From NCBI GenBank assembly GCA_028877215.1, contig JAPPFJ010000025.1, forward strand, positions 146,233-210,232: a stretch of 64,000 bases of DNA, written 5' to 3'. The DNA comes from Gemmatimonadota bacterium. GTDB lineage: Bacteria > Latescibacterota > UBA2968 > GCA-2709665. The stretch's first letter is position 1, and the number at the start of each line of letters is the position of its first letter. Made by a program: the position numbers and the translations under genes. Below the pieces are notes generated by a model. It made no database searches and was not told the origin of the DNA. It worked only from the letters and a program-made list of their open reading frames with translations. Below, one piece after another: positions 26,245 through 34,171 of this stretch.

Positions 26245-26439
26245 GCGCGGAATTGCGTTTCAGGACGGCAGTCCAGAAGGTCAGATAACTTGGAATTCGG
26301 GGTATCCGGGTCGCGTCGCCAACGAGGCGCAGCCGGAGGTTGCCGAGGGAATGGGCGGTATCGCTGCAAAGGCGTGGCTTCGCACGGCGTACGCGGAGCG
26401 GTTCGGATGTTGCGGGCGACGTAACGTGGGTCCATACCA

Positions 26440-26470
26440 GGATGCGCAGAGGCGCATCCCTTTTTGTTTT
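26440..26470 (+). terminator. Rho-independent terminator about 195 nt downstream of the rhodanese stop
   Basis: Stem GGATGCGC/GCGCATCC with loop AGAG, followed by CTTTTTGTTTT. Confidence 0.7.
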
Positions 26471-26564
26471 CTGTTTTCATCAACCGCGGCCGCTCTCGTT
26501 CCTGGTTCGTGCCGTCTGGGACTCAGGAGCATACCGGCAGGCACCGGGTGGGTGCGGGTGAATC

Positions 26565-27470
26565 GTGGCAGAGGCGGCGGTCGCCGCCGGGAAGGGGCAA
26601 TCCGCGTTGGACATCGATTATGACGCGCCAGCGGTTCGGGCGACGGATTTGACCAAGGTCTTCCGGGTGCCCGATAACGAGAGGTCCCGGGGGAACGGAT
26701 TTTTCGACCGATTCAGGCGGCGCCGAAGAGAAATCCTGGCCGTGGACCGGGTCGGGTTTGAGGTGAAACGTGGCGAGATTTTCGGAATTCTGGGTCCGAA
26801 TGGCTCAGGGAAGTCGACACTGATTCGAATCCTCTCGACCCTGGTCTTCCCGGACAGTGGCGAGGCCCATGTATTCGGGCTGCACGTTGAACGGGATGCT
26901 ATGGGCGTGCGGCGTTGTATCAATCGGGTGTCCGTCGACGCGGCCTTTTTCAAAAAGCTGTCGGCGTGGGAAAACCTGAGTTACGCGGCCCGGTTGTACG
27001 GAGTTCCCGTGCGTGAGGGCCGACGTCGAGCCAGGGCGATTCTGGCCGAGCTGGGCTTTGGCGCAGACCGGGTGGACCAGCCCGTGGAGGACCTGTCACG
27101 CGGCATGCAGCAGAAAGTGGCCGTCGCCCGCGCACTCCTGACCTCACCGGTTCTGCTGTTGATGGACGAGCCGACGACGGGACTGGACCCGGTGTCGAAA
27201 CGACAGGTCCAGGATTACGTGATGGGAATACGAGAGCGCCACGAAGCGACCGTTCTGTTAACGACGCACGACATGGACGAAGCGGAACGGGTTTGCAACC
27301 GGGTCTCGATCATCCATCACGGGAAATTCATCGCCATGGGAACGGTCGATGAACTCAAGGTCCGCGCAGGCTGCGTGGGGGGTAGTCTGGAGGATGTGTT
27401 TTTCAGGATGACGGGAATGGATCTTGCCCATGCCGATCTGGAAGGCGACGCGGAAGGAGACCGGGAGTGA
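26565..27470 (+). CDS. ABC transporter ATP-binding protein (ABC-2/DrrA-like)
   Basis: 301 aa, GTG start. Walker A GPNGSGKST, signature LSRGMQQK, Walker B LLLMDEPTTGLD. Confidence 0.85.
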   Translation: MAEAAVAAGKGQSALDIDYDAPAVRATDLTKVFRVPDNERSRGNGFFDRFRRRRREILAVDRVGFEVKRGEIFGILGPNGSGKSTLIRILSTLVFPDSGEAHVFGLHVERDAMGVRRCINRVSVDAAFFKKLSAWENLSYAARLYGVPVREGRRRARAILAELGFGADRVDQPVEDLSRGMQQKVAVARALLTSPVLLLMDEPTTGLDPVSKRQVQDYVMGIRERHEATVLLTTHDMDEAERVCNRVSIIHHGKFIAMGTVDELKVRAGCVGGSLEDVFFRMTGMDLAHADLEGDAEGDRE

Positions 27471-28285
27471 ACCCCTTGACAGCCGAGATCAAGGCGTCGG
27501 TAGCCTTTATCGAGCGAAATTTCAATCTCGCGAGGCGATACGCAAGCTGGGAACTGATTTTTGTAGTCTGGAACGTGGTGCACGCGTTGACGATCGGTTT
27601 GATCGGTGTGTATATGGGCGGAGACGACCCCGAGAAGGTGCGGGAGGCAGTGCTCTTCCTGATTGTGGGCGCCGTGCTATGGAACTTCCTGCGGCTTCTG
27701 TTCTTCGAAGTCGCTGACGCCGTCGCCTGGGAGCGCTGGGAAGGGACCATCGAATACACCTTTATGTCTCCGGTCTACAGGCTGACGCATCTCGCCGGAC
27801 AATGCATATATGCGATCATATACGGGTTTCTAAGGTCAGGCATCGTCCTCGTATCGGCTGTTTTGTTTTTCGATCTGAGCCTGTCGGATGCGAATCTGAC
27901 CACGGCGGTCGCCGTTTTGGCCACCGCCAGTCTCTCGTTTCTGGGAATGGGGCTGATGGCCGCCGTTTTTCCGCTGCTTTCGCCGGAGAAAGGCGCAAGG
28001 GCGACTGACATTTTCGGAACGCTGGTGCTGCTGATATCAGGGGTCTACTACGATGTGTCAGTACTCCCCGATTGGCTGCGGCCGCTATCGACCCTTTCGC
28101 CCGGAACCTATGCGCTCCGATCCATCAGGACGGCTCTGCTCGACAACGCGAGTATCGCCGACGTTCAGGGTGACCTCATTATTCTGACGGTCTCGGGCGT
28201 AATCATGGTTCCCCTGGGACTGTGGATCTTCCACGTGGCCGAGGTGTACGCCAAGCGGACGGGGCGTCTGAAGCGCAGCGGTTGA
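27467..28285 (+). CDS. ABC-2 type transporter permease
   Basis: 272 aa, six predicted TM segments. The GTG start overlaps the stop of the ATPase gene by 4 nt. Confidence 0.8.
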   Translation: MNPLTAEIKASVAFIERNFNLARRYASWELIFVVWNVVHALTIGLIGVYMGGDDPEKVREAVLFLIVGAVLWNFLRLLFFEVADAVAWERWEGTIEYTFMSPVYRLTHLAGQCIYAIIYGFLRSGIVLVSAVLFFDLSLSDANLTTAVAVLATASLSFLGMGLMAAVFPLLSPEKGARATDIFGTLVLLISGVYYDVSVLPDWLRPLSTLSPGTYALRSIRTALLDNASIADVQGDLIILTVSGVIMVPLGLWIFHVAEVYAKRTGRLKRSG

Positions 28286-28314
28286 AGCCCTCGCGTTAAG
28301 GCCCATCGCGCGAA

Positions 28315-28737
28315 TCATGTTTCCCAGGGATCGAGCAGACGAACACCGGTTTCACGGACGTGATCGGTGTTTCGTGTGACAAACGTCAAGCCGAAAGTCA
28401 GCGCGGTTGCCGCCAACAGACCGTCCAGTACGGGTACAGTTCGTCCGACCCTTCCGGCCGCCGCCGAGATCTCGCCCCAACGGACGGCAACATCCTTGTC
28501 GATGTCCAGAATTCGTCCAGTAAATCGCCTGCTCAGCTGGCCCTCGACCCAATCATGCAGTTCCCGCTGTTTCTGCCCTGCCCGCAATTGTCCGATACCC
28601 TTATGTAGTTCACCGAAGGTGATGACACTCAGAAACAGCGAAAGTTCGTCCTGCCGTTCCAGCCACTGCGTTACCTTGCTTGAAGGCGCCTTTTTCACGA
28701 CGTCCGAAATGACGCAGGTGTCGAGCAGGTATCTCAT
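28315..28737 (-). CDS. vapC: PIN-domain toxin (VapC/FitB-like)
   Basis: 140 aa. MRYLLDTCVISD.. (first acidic PIN residue), ..ITFGEL.., ..LLAATA..TFVTRNTDH. It overlaps the upstream antitoxin gene by 4 nt. Confidence 0.85.
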   Translation of the reverse strand: MRYLLDTCVISDVVKKAPSSKVTQWLERQDELSLFLSVITFGELHKGIGQLRAGQKQRELHDWVEGQLSRRFTGRILDIDKDVAVRWGEISAAAGRVGRTVPVLDGLLAATALTFGLTFVTRNTDHVRETGVRLLDPWET

Positions 28738-28985
28738 AGAACAACCTCCCGTCCGTCATCCGGATTCCTTTCCAGGTCAAGGGCCGAACCGGACAGGGGG
28801 GAATTGCGGAAGAAGGAAACCAGAGAGCCCGGGGATGTCGTAAGTTGCTGAAAGTCTTCAATGGAAATCACGACGGCCGTTTCTTTGCCTCGGCGGGTGA
28901 TCGTTTGAGGGCCTTCACGGACTGCACTGTTCACCACCTCGCTCAATCGATTCTTGGCATCCTGTAACGCCCAAACTGTATTCAT
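28734..28985 (-). CDS. Phd/YefM-family antitoxin
   Basis: 83 aa. MNTVWALQDAKNRLSEVVNSA..GPQTITRRGKETAVVISIEDF is the Phd/YefM N-terminal fold. AGGAGG lies 7 nt upstream of the ATG. Confidence 0.85.
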   Translation of the reverse strand: MNTVWALQDAKNRLSEVVNSAVREGPQTITRRGKETAVVISIEDFQQLTTSPGSLVSFFRNSPLSGSALDLERNPDDGREVVL

Positions 28986-29006
28986 CGATTAGCCTCCTGT
29001 TTAAAG

Positions 29007-29053
29007 ATCTAGACGGTCTAGATTAATTTATGTGACTCACCGCCTGTTGTCAA
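29007..29053 (-). promoter_or_regulatory. Candidate toxin-antitoxin promoter with an operator palindrome
   Basis: On the - strand: TTGACA (29053-29048), 17-nt spacer, TAAATT (29030-25), immediately followed by the inverted repeat ATCTAGAC-n-GTCTAGAT (29007-29023). Confidence 0.55.
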
Positions 29054-29060
29054 GACGCCG

Positions 29061-30188
29061 TTGCGCCGGTCCGTACCGCACGCGACAGGGAAATTGAAGG
29101 GACGGCTCATCGACAGAATCCGAAAACCACGGTCTCAGGAAGCCTCCGCATTGCTCGCGGCTGCGGCAGTCGAACCCCACGAACGCGTTCTGGATCTGGG
29201 CTTGGCCGGGCGTCCCGCCGGGCTCGAACTGGACGCCGCCGGTATCCATTTCGTTAGTCCCGATCTGCGCGCCGTGAGGTTTTGCGAGGACGCGATCCGG
29301 CAAATGGCGCTGGACAATGCGTGCGCCTGGCTCGAAGTGTCGCCGGCGGTCCTCGCCGGCCCGTGGTTCGACGCGGTTCTTTACGCTCCCGCCCGATGGG
29401 AGTCCAAAGCGCGTGTGTTCGAGCTTATCGATGCTGCATTCGGGAAAATGGCCATGCACGGTCGTTTTCTGCTTGCCGGTCGGCGAAACGCGGGCGTGGA
29501 GAGCTATCGCCGCCGCCTGGAGGCGGTTTTCGGGCCCGTTGAAACGGCGACGTCGAAATCCGGTTTTCGCGTGTACCGGTCGCAAAAGCGCACTCCGGAA
29601 ACCGGCGCGCTTCCGGTGGACGCGACACATGTATTCGAGGAGGAGGAATTGCCTGGAGGCCCTTACACGTTTGAGGCGTCCGCAGGCGTCTTTTCAAGCC
29701 GGGGACTGGATCCGGGCACCCGGATTCTGATTGATACGGTCGACGTCACCGCTGGTGATCTCGTGCTCGATCTGGGTTGCGGCTACGGCGCGATCGGGAT
29801 CGCCGCCGCGAATCGGGCCCGCGAAGTCCGGTTGCTCGATTCCGACCTGCTGGCGGTTCGCAGCGCGAGGCGAAATGTCGTCCGGAACCGGCTGGCAAAC
29901 ACACGGGTTGCCCTCAGCGACGGATTCGAAGCCGTTACGGGACGGGTCTTCGATCTCATCCTGTGCAATGCGCCCACGCATGAGGGCGTCGCAACGGCAA
30001 GGCGATTCGTCCATGGCGCCGCCCGCCATCTCGAATCGAAGGGGCGATTCGCGGTCGTCGCGATGCGACCGGGCCTGTACCTCAAGCAGATGAAGCGCGT
30101 TTTCGACACCGTGGATCAACTGGAATTCCGTAAAGGATATACCGTCTTGTGTGCTCGAGACGCGAAGTCGGCCATCCCGGCTGCTTGA
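29061..30188 (+). CDS. Class I SAM-dependent methyltransferase, RsmC/RlmG-like (rRNA G-N2 methyltransferase family)
   Basis: 375 aa, TTG start. Two tandem methyltransferase-like halves. The C-terminal half has VLDLGCGYGAIGI (motif I) and ILCNAPTHEG (NPPxH-like motif IV). Confidence 0.7.
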   Translation: MRRSVPHATGKLKGRLIDRIRKPRSQEASALLAAAAVEPHERVLDLGLAGRPAGLELDAAGIHFVSPDLRAVRFCEDAIRQMALDNACAWLEVSPAVLAGPWFDAVLYAPARWESKARVFELIDAAFGKMAMHGRFLLAGRRNAGVESYRRRLEAVFGPVETATSKSGFRVYRSQKRTPETGALPVDATHVFEEEELPGGPYTFEASAGVFSSRGLDPGTRILIDTVDVTAGDLVLDLGCGYGAIGIAAANRAREVRLLDSDLLAVRSARRNVVRNRLANTRVALSDGFEAVTGRVFDLILCNAPTHEGVATARRFVHGAARHLESKGRFAVVAMRPGLYLKQMKRVFDTVDQLEFRKGYTVLCARDAKSAIPAA

Positions 30189-30283
30189 GGCGCCGCGGAT
30201 TGTATGGGTTCGCACCCGCAAACGGGGTTCCGGCCACGATCGCCCCGGGGCGAGGCGGACCGCATCGGGTGCCCGGAAAACCC

Positions 30284-30312
30284 TTGACAATACGCGAATG
30301 AAGCCTTATCGT
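30284..30312 (+). promoter_or_regulatory. Candidate promoter for the molybdenum hydroxylase operon
   Basis: TTGACA, 17-nt spacer, TATCGT, about 110 nt upstream of the first gene. Confidence 0.35.
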
Positions 30313-30423
30313 TAGCCGCAATCCTGGGACATTTCATTTGTGTAAAATGCGGTCGCGAGATCTACGCAGTCCGGATGGAATATTCAACGGGCTGCCAAGC
30401 CATCAGTACAGGAGGAACGAACC

Positions 30424-31293
30424 TTGTATGCGTTCGATTACGTAGCGCCACAATCTGTAGACGAAGCCGTCGCCGTACTCTCGGAAAACGGGTCTGATGC
30501 CAGGATGCTGGCGGGCGGTTCCGACATCATTGCACAGTTGAAAGAGGGGCGGCGACAGGTAAAGGTGCTGGTGGACGTCAAGAAGATTCCCGCGGCGAAC
30601 GAGCTCGCGTTCGACGCCCGGCAGGGATTGACGATCGGCGCCGGGGTGTCCTGCTGCGACATCTACGAGAACGAGCACGTCGCGTCGAATTATCCGGCGC
30701 TCGTGGATTCGACGGAACTCATCGGATCCATCCAGATCCAGGGTCGGGCGACGATCGGTGGAAACCTTTGTAATGCCTCCCCCGCGGCGGATACCATTCC
30801 AACGCTCATCGTTCTGGGGGCCACCGCGAGGATCGCCGGCCCGTCGGGAGAAAGAGACGTCGCCGTGGAGGACTTCTGCACGGCGCCGGGGCAGACGGTG
30901 CTGCAGGATGGCGAGTTTCTCGTTTCTGTACATTTTCCACCTCCCGCGGCGAACTCCGGGGCGTTTTTCCTCCGGTTCATTCCTCGGAACGAAATGGATA
31001 TCGCCGTTGTCAACGCAGCGGCATCCGTGGTGTTGAACGCCGGGAAGAACGCGTTTGAGTCCGCACGGGTCGCCGTCGGCGCCGTGGCGCCCGTCCCGCT
31101 TTACCTTCCCGCGGCCGGGGCCGCACTTGCCGGCAGCGAGGTATCGGATCAATCGATTGAAATGGCAGCCGAGATCGCCCGGCAGTCCGCCAGACCCATT
31201 ACGGATATGCGCGGGACCATCGAGCAAAGGGTTCACCTGGCGGGCGTCCTTACCAGGCGCGCGGTTTGCGGCGCCGTGGAACGCGCCCGATAG
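30424..31293 (+). CDS. Xanthine dehydrogenase/CO dehydrogenase-family FAD-binding medium subunit
   Basis: 289 aa. TTG start 7 nt after AGGAGG. F.Y..P.S..EAV..L.....DARMLAGGSD, plus IQGRATIGGNLCNASPAAD. Confidence 0.85.
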   Translation: MYAFDYVAPQSVDEAVAVLSENGSDARMLAGGSDIIAQLKEGRRQVKVLVDVKKIPAANELAFDARQGLTIGAGVSCCDIYENEHVASNYPALVDSTELIGSIQIQGRATIGGNLCNASPAADTIPTLIVLGATARIAGPSGERDVAVEDFCTAPGQTVLQDGEFLVSVHFPPPAANSGAFFLRFIPRNEMDIAVVNAAASVVLNAGKNAFESARVAVGAVAPVPLYLPAAGAALAGSEVSDQSIEMAAEIARQSARPITDMRGTIEQRVHLAGVLTRRAVCGAVERAR

Positions 31294-31345
31294 GCTACGT
31301 CTCCGGAATCTTCCGATCATACGCGAATAAAGGAGTCCGCAAAAG

Positions 31346-31828
31346 ATGGCCGGCAAAGTTCATGTTGAAACATCGATCAATGGAGAAGAAACGGAATTCC
31401 TGTGTGAACCACGCGATACGCTGCTGGAGGTGCTTCGGGACAACCTGGGTCTCACCGGCGCCAAAGAGGGTTGCGGAAACGGCAACTGCGGCGCCTGCAG
31501 CGTCATCGTCGACGGACGCGTGATCAACTCCTGCCTGGCGCTTGGGGTTGAGGCGCAGGGGTGCGAAATCACAACAATTGAAGGGGTGGCCACCGCGGAG
31601 GGCCTGCATCCGTTGCAGCAGAAATTCCTGGAACATGCGGCGCTTCAGTGCGGTGTATGCACGCCCGGGTTTATCGTGGCGGCGAAAGCGCTGCTCGATC
31701 GGGAACCGGAACCCGACGAGCATCGGATTCGACTGTGGCTGGCGGGGAATCTCTGTCGGTGCACCGGATACGACAAGATCGTCAGAGCGGTGATGGACAC
31801 CGCCGGAACGATGAAGGAGACGGCCTGA
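31346..31828 (+). CDS. (2Fe-2S)-binding small subunit of a molybdenum hydroxylase
   Basis: 160 aa. CGNGNCGACSV..DG..INSC and QCGVCTPGF..CRCTGY cluster motifs. Confidence 0.9.
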   Translation: MAGKVHVETSINGEETEFLCEPRDTLLEVLRDNLGLTGAKEGCGNGNCGACSVIVDGRVINSCLALGVEAQGCEITTIEGVATAEGLHPLQQKFLEHAALQCGVCTPGFIVAAKALLDREPEPDEHRIRLWLAGNLCRCTGYDKIVRAVMDTAGTMKETA

Positions 31829-34107
31829 TGCCAACTGAGGATTATCTCGGAATTCAGGAGTACAGGGTGCTGGGCACCAGGCCGATCCGGCACGATGGCG
31901 TGGACAAGGTCACGGGGCGGGCGATATATGGAGCCGACGTCCGGATGTCCGGCATGATCTACGGAAAAGTATTGCGAAGTCCTCATGCCCACGCGCGCAT
32001 CGTATCCATCAATACCGGAAAGGCCGAAGCGCTGGACGGCGTCAGGGCCATTGCCACCGTCGACGACATTCCCGTACCCGAGAAGAAGGTGGAAGACCTG
32101 GGTGAGGGCGCGGCGAATATGGTGGACCTGCGCGCCAACGTGCTTGCCGACGGAAAGGCAGTCTACGACGGCCACGCGGTGGCGGCCGTGGCCGCAACGA
32201 GCCCGCATATCGCGGAGGAGGCGCTGGGGCTGATAGACGTGGAATACGAGGTCCTGGAGCCTCTGCTCGACGTACGGGAGGCAATGAATCCGGAATCGCC
32301 GCTTCTGCATGATTCCCTCACTACGGAGTCGCTGGGCGAAGACACAGGAAAGCCAAGCAATGTCGCCACGCACTTTCAGCACAAGCTGGGGGATATCGAA
32401 TCGGGCTTCGCAAAGGCCGACGTGGTCATCGAAAGGGAATTCGTAACCGACACGGTGCACCAGGGTTACATCGAACCGCAGAATGCCACGGCGCTCTGGA
32501 ACCCCGACGGGCGTCTTACGGTCTGGTGCAGCACCCAGGGTTCGTTCACGGTGCGCGAGCAATTGGCGGGACTGCTGCAGATATCGCCGGTCAATATCCG
32601 GGTGATCCCCACCGAAATCGGCGGTGGATTCGGCGGCAAGATCAGGGTTTACCTGGAACCTGTTGCCGCTGTTCTTTCGAAAAAGTCCGGCCATCCTGTG
32701 AAAATGGTGATGAACCGCGACGAGGTGTTGAAGGCCACCGGACCCACGCCCGGTTCCTACATACGGGTCAAGATGGGGGCCACAAACGAAGGTAAACTGG
32801 TGGCCGCGGAGGCCTACATGGCCTACGAATCGGGTGGATTCGCCGGAGCGTGGGCCGAACCCGGCGCTATGTGCATCTTCGCCCCTTACGATATCGAGAA
32901 CGTGGTCATCGATGGGTACAACGTTGTTGTAAACAAGCCGCAGACGATGGCTTACAGGGCGCCGGGTGCCACGAACGCGGCCTTTGCATCCGAGACCATC
33001 GTCGACGAAATCTGCGAGAGGCTTGGCGAGGACCCGCTTGAATTCCGCCTGAAGAACACGGCAAAAGAAGGTTCGCGCAGGGCCGACGGTCCAACCTTTC
33101 CCCGTATCGGACACGAGGAAGTGTTGAAGGCGGCGATGACGAGCGAACACTATAACGCGCAGCTGGACGGGAAAAACCGGGGTCGCGGCGTGGCTTCCGG
33201 CTTCTGGTTCAACGTGGGGCTCAAGTCCAGCGCGTGTGCGTCTGTAAATACCGACGGCACGGTGAGCCTGGTCGAGGGGTCAACGGATATCGGTGGCACG
33301 CGAACCTCGGTGGCGATGCAGCTCGCCGAGCCGCTGGGCATCCCAGCGGAAGACGTGAATCCGGTCGTGGCCGATACCGACGGCGTGGGGGAGACCGACG
33401 TGACCGGCGGCAGCCGGGTGACGTTCGCTACGGGTTGGGCGGCCTACAACGCCGCACAGGACATCATTGCACAAATGGTCGAGCGCGCCGCGAAATACTG
33501 GGAGATTCCGCCGGACGACGTGGCTTTTGAAGACGGTACGTTCAAATCCAGGTCCGATCCTTCTAAATCTTTGACATTCAAGGAGCTGGCTGGAAAACTT
33601 AATGAGACTGGCGGTCCGGTCGTCGGGCGTGCGACCGTCGACCCGCAGGGAGTGGGCGGCGCATTCTCGCTGATGATCGCGGACGTGGAAACCGATCCGG
33701 ATACAGGAAAAGTGGATATTCTCAGGGTCACCATGGTGCAGGACGCGGGCAAGGCCATCCATCCCGCATACGTGGAGGGCCAGATGCAGGGGGGCGCGGC
33801 GCAGGGGATCGGTTGGGGCCTGAACGAAGAGTATTGGTACAACAACAAGGGTGAGTTGACCAACGCCAGCCTTCTGGACTACCGGATGCCGACCTGCCTG
33901 GACCTTCCAATGATTGAAACCATTATTGTGGAAGTTCCCAATCCCGGTCATCCCTATGGCGTGCGCGGTGTGGGGGAGGCGCCAATCGTGCCGCCGCCTG
34001 CCGCACTCGCCAACGCCATCTACCGTGCCGCGGGAATCCGGATGAACGTGTTGCCGATGTCTCCTGGCAATGTCCTGAAAGCGCTGTGGAATGAAAACGG
34101 ATCATAG
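31828..34107 (+). CDS. Molybdopterin-binding large subunit of a xanthine dehydrogenase-family hydroxylase (copy 1)
   Basis: The in-frame ATG at 31828 overlaps the small-subunit TGA (TGATG); the longer ORF from 31648 is an upstream extension. Motifs GTRPIRHDG.DKVTGRA.YGAD, EIGGGFGGK, VRGVGEAPIV. Confidence 0.9.
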   Translation: MPTEDYLGIQEYRVLGTRPIRHDGVDKVTGRAIYGADVRMSGMIYGKVLRSPHAHARIVSINTGKAEALDGVRAIATVDDIPVPEKKVEDLGEGAANMVDLRANVLADGKAVYDGHAVAAVAATSPHIAEEALGLIDVEYEVLEPLLDVREAMNPESPLLHDSLTTESLGEDTGKPSNVATHFQHKLGDIESGFAKADVVIEREFVTDTVHQGYIEPQNATALWNPDGRLTVWCSTQGSFTVREQLAGLLQISPVNIRVIPTEIGGGFGGKIRVYLEPVAAVLSKKSGHPVKMVMNRDEVLKATGPTPGSYIRVKMGATNEGKLVAAEAYMAYESGGFAGAWAEPGAMCIFAPYDIENVVIDGYNVVVNKPQTMAYRAPGATNAAFASETIVDEICERLGEDPLEFRLKNTAKEGSRRADGPTFPRIGHEEVLKAAMTSEHYNAQLDGKNRGRGVASGFWFNVGLKSSACASVNTDGTVSLVEGSTDIGGTRTSVAMQLAEPLGIPAEDVNPVVADTDGVGETDVTGGSRVTFATGWAAYNAAQDIIAQMVERAAKYWEIPPDDVAFEDGTFKSRSDPSKSLTFKELAGKLNETGGPVVGRATVDPQGVGGAFSLMIADVETDPDTGKVDILRVTMVQDAGKAIHPAYVEGQMQGGAAQGIGWGLNEEYWYNNKGELTNASLLDYRMPTCLDLPMIETIIVEVPNPGHPYGVRGVGEAPIVPPPAALANAIYRAAGIRMNVLPMSPGNVLKALWNENGS

Positions 34108-34171
34108 GTAGGTTCCGTGCGCGTGCCCCGCACAGAAGCGCGGTGCGCCCACTTCGGGAGAGTTGATCGCA

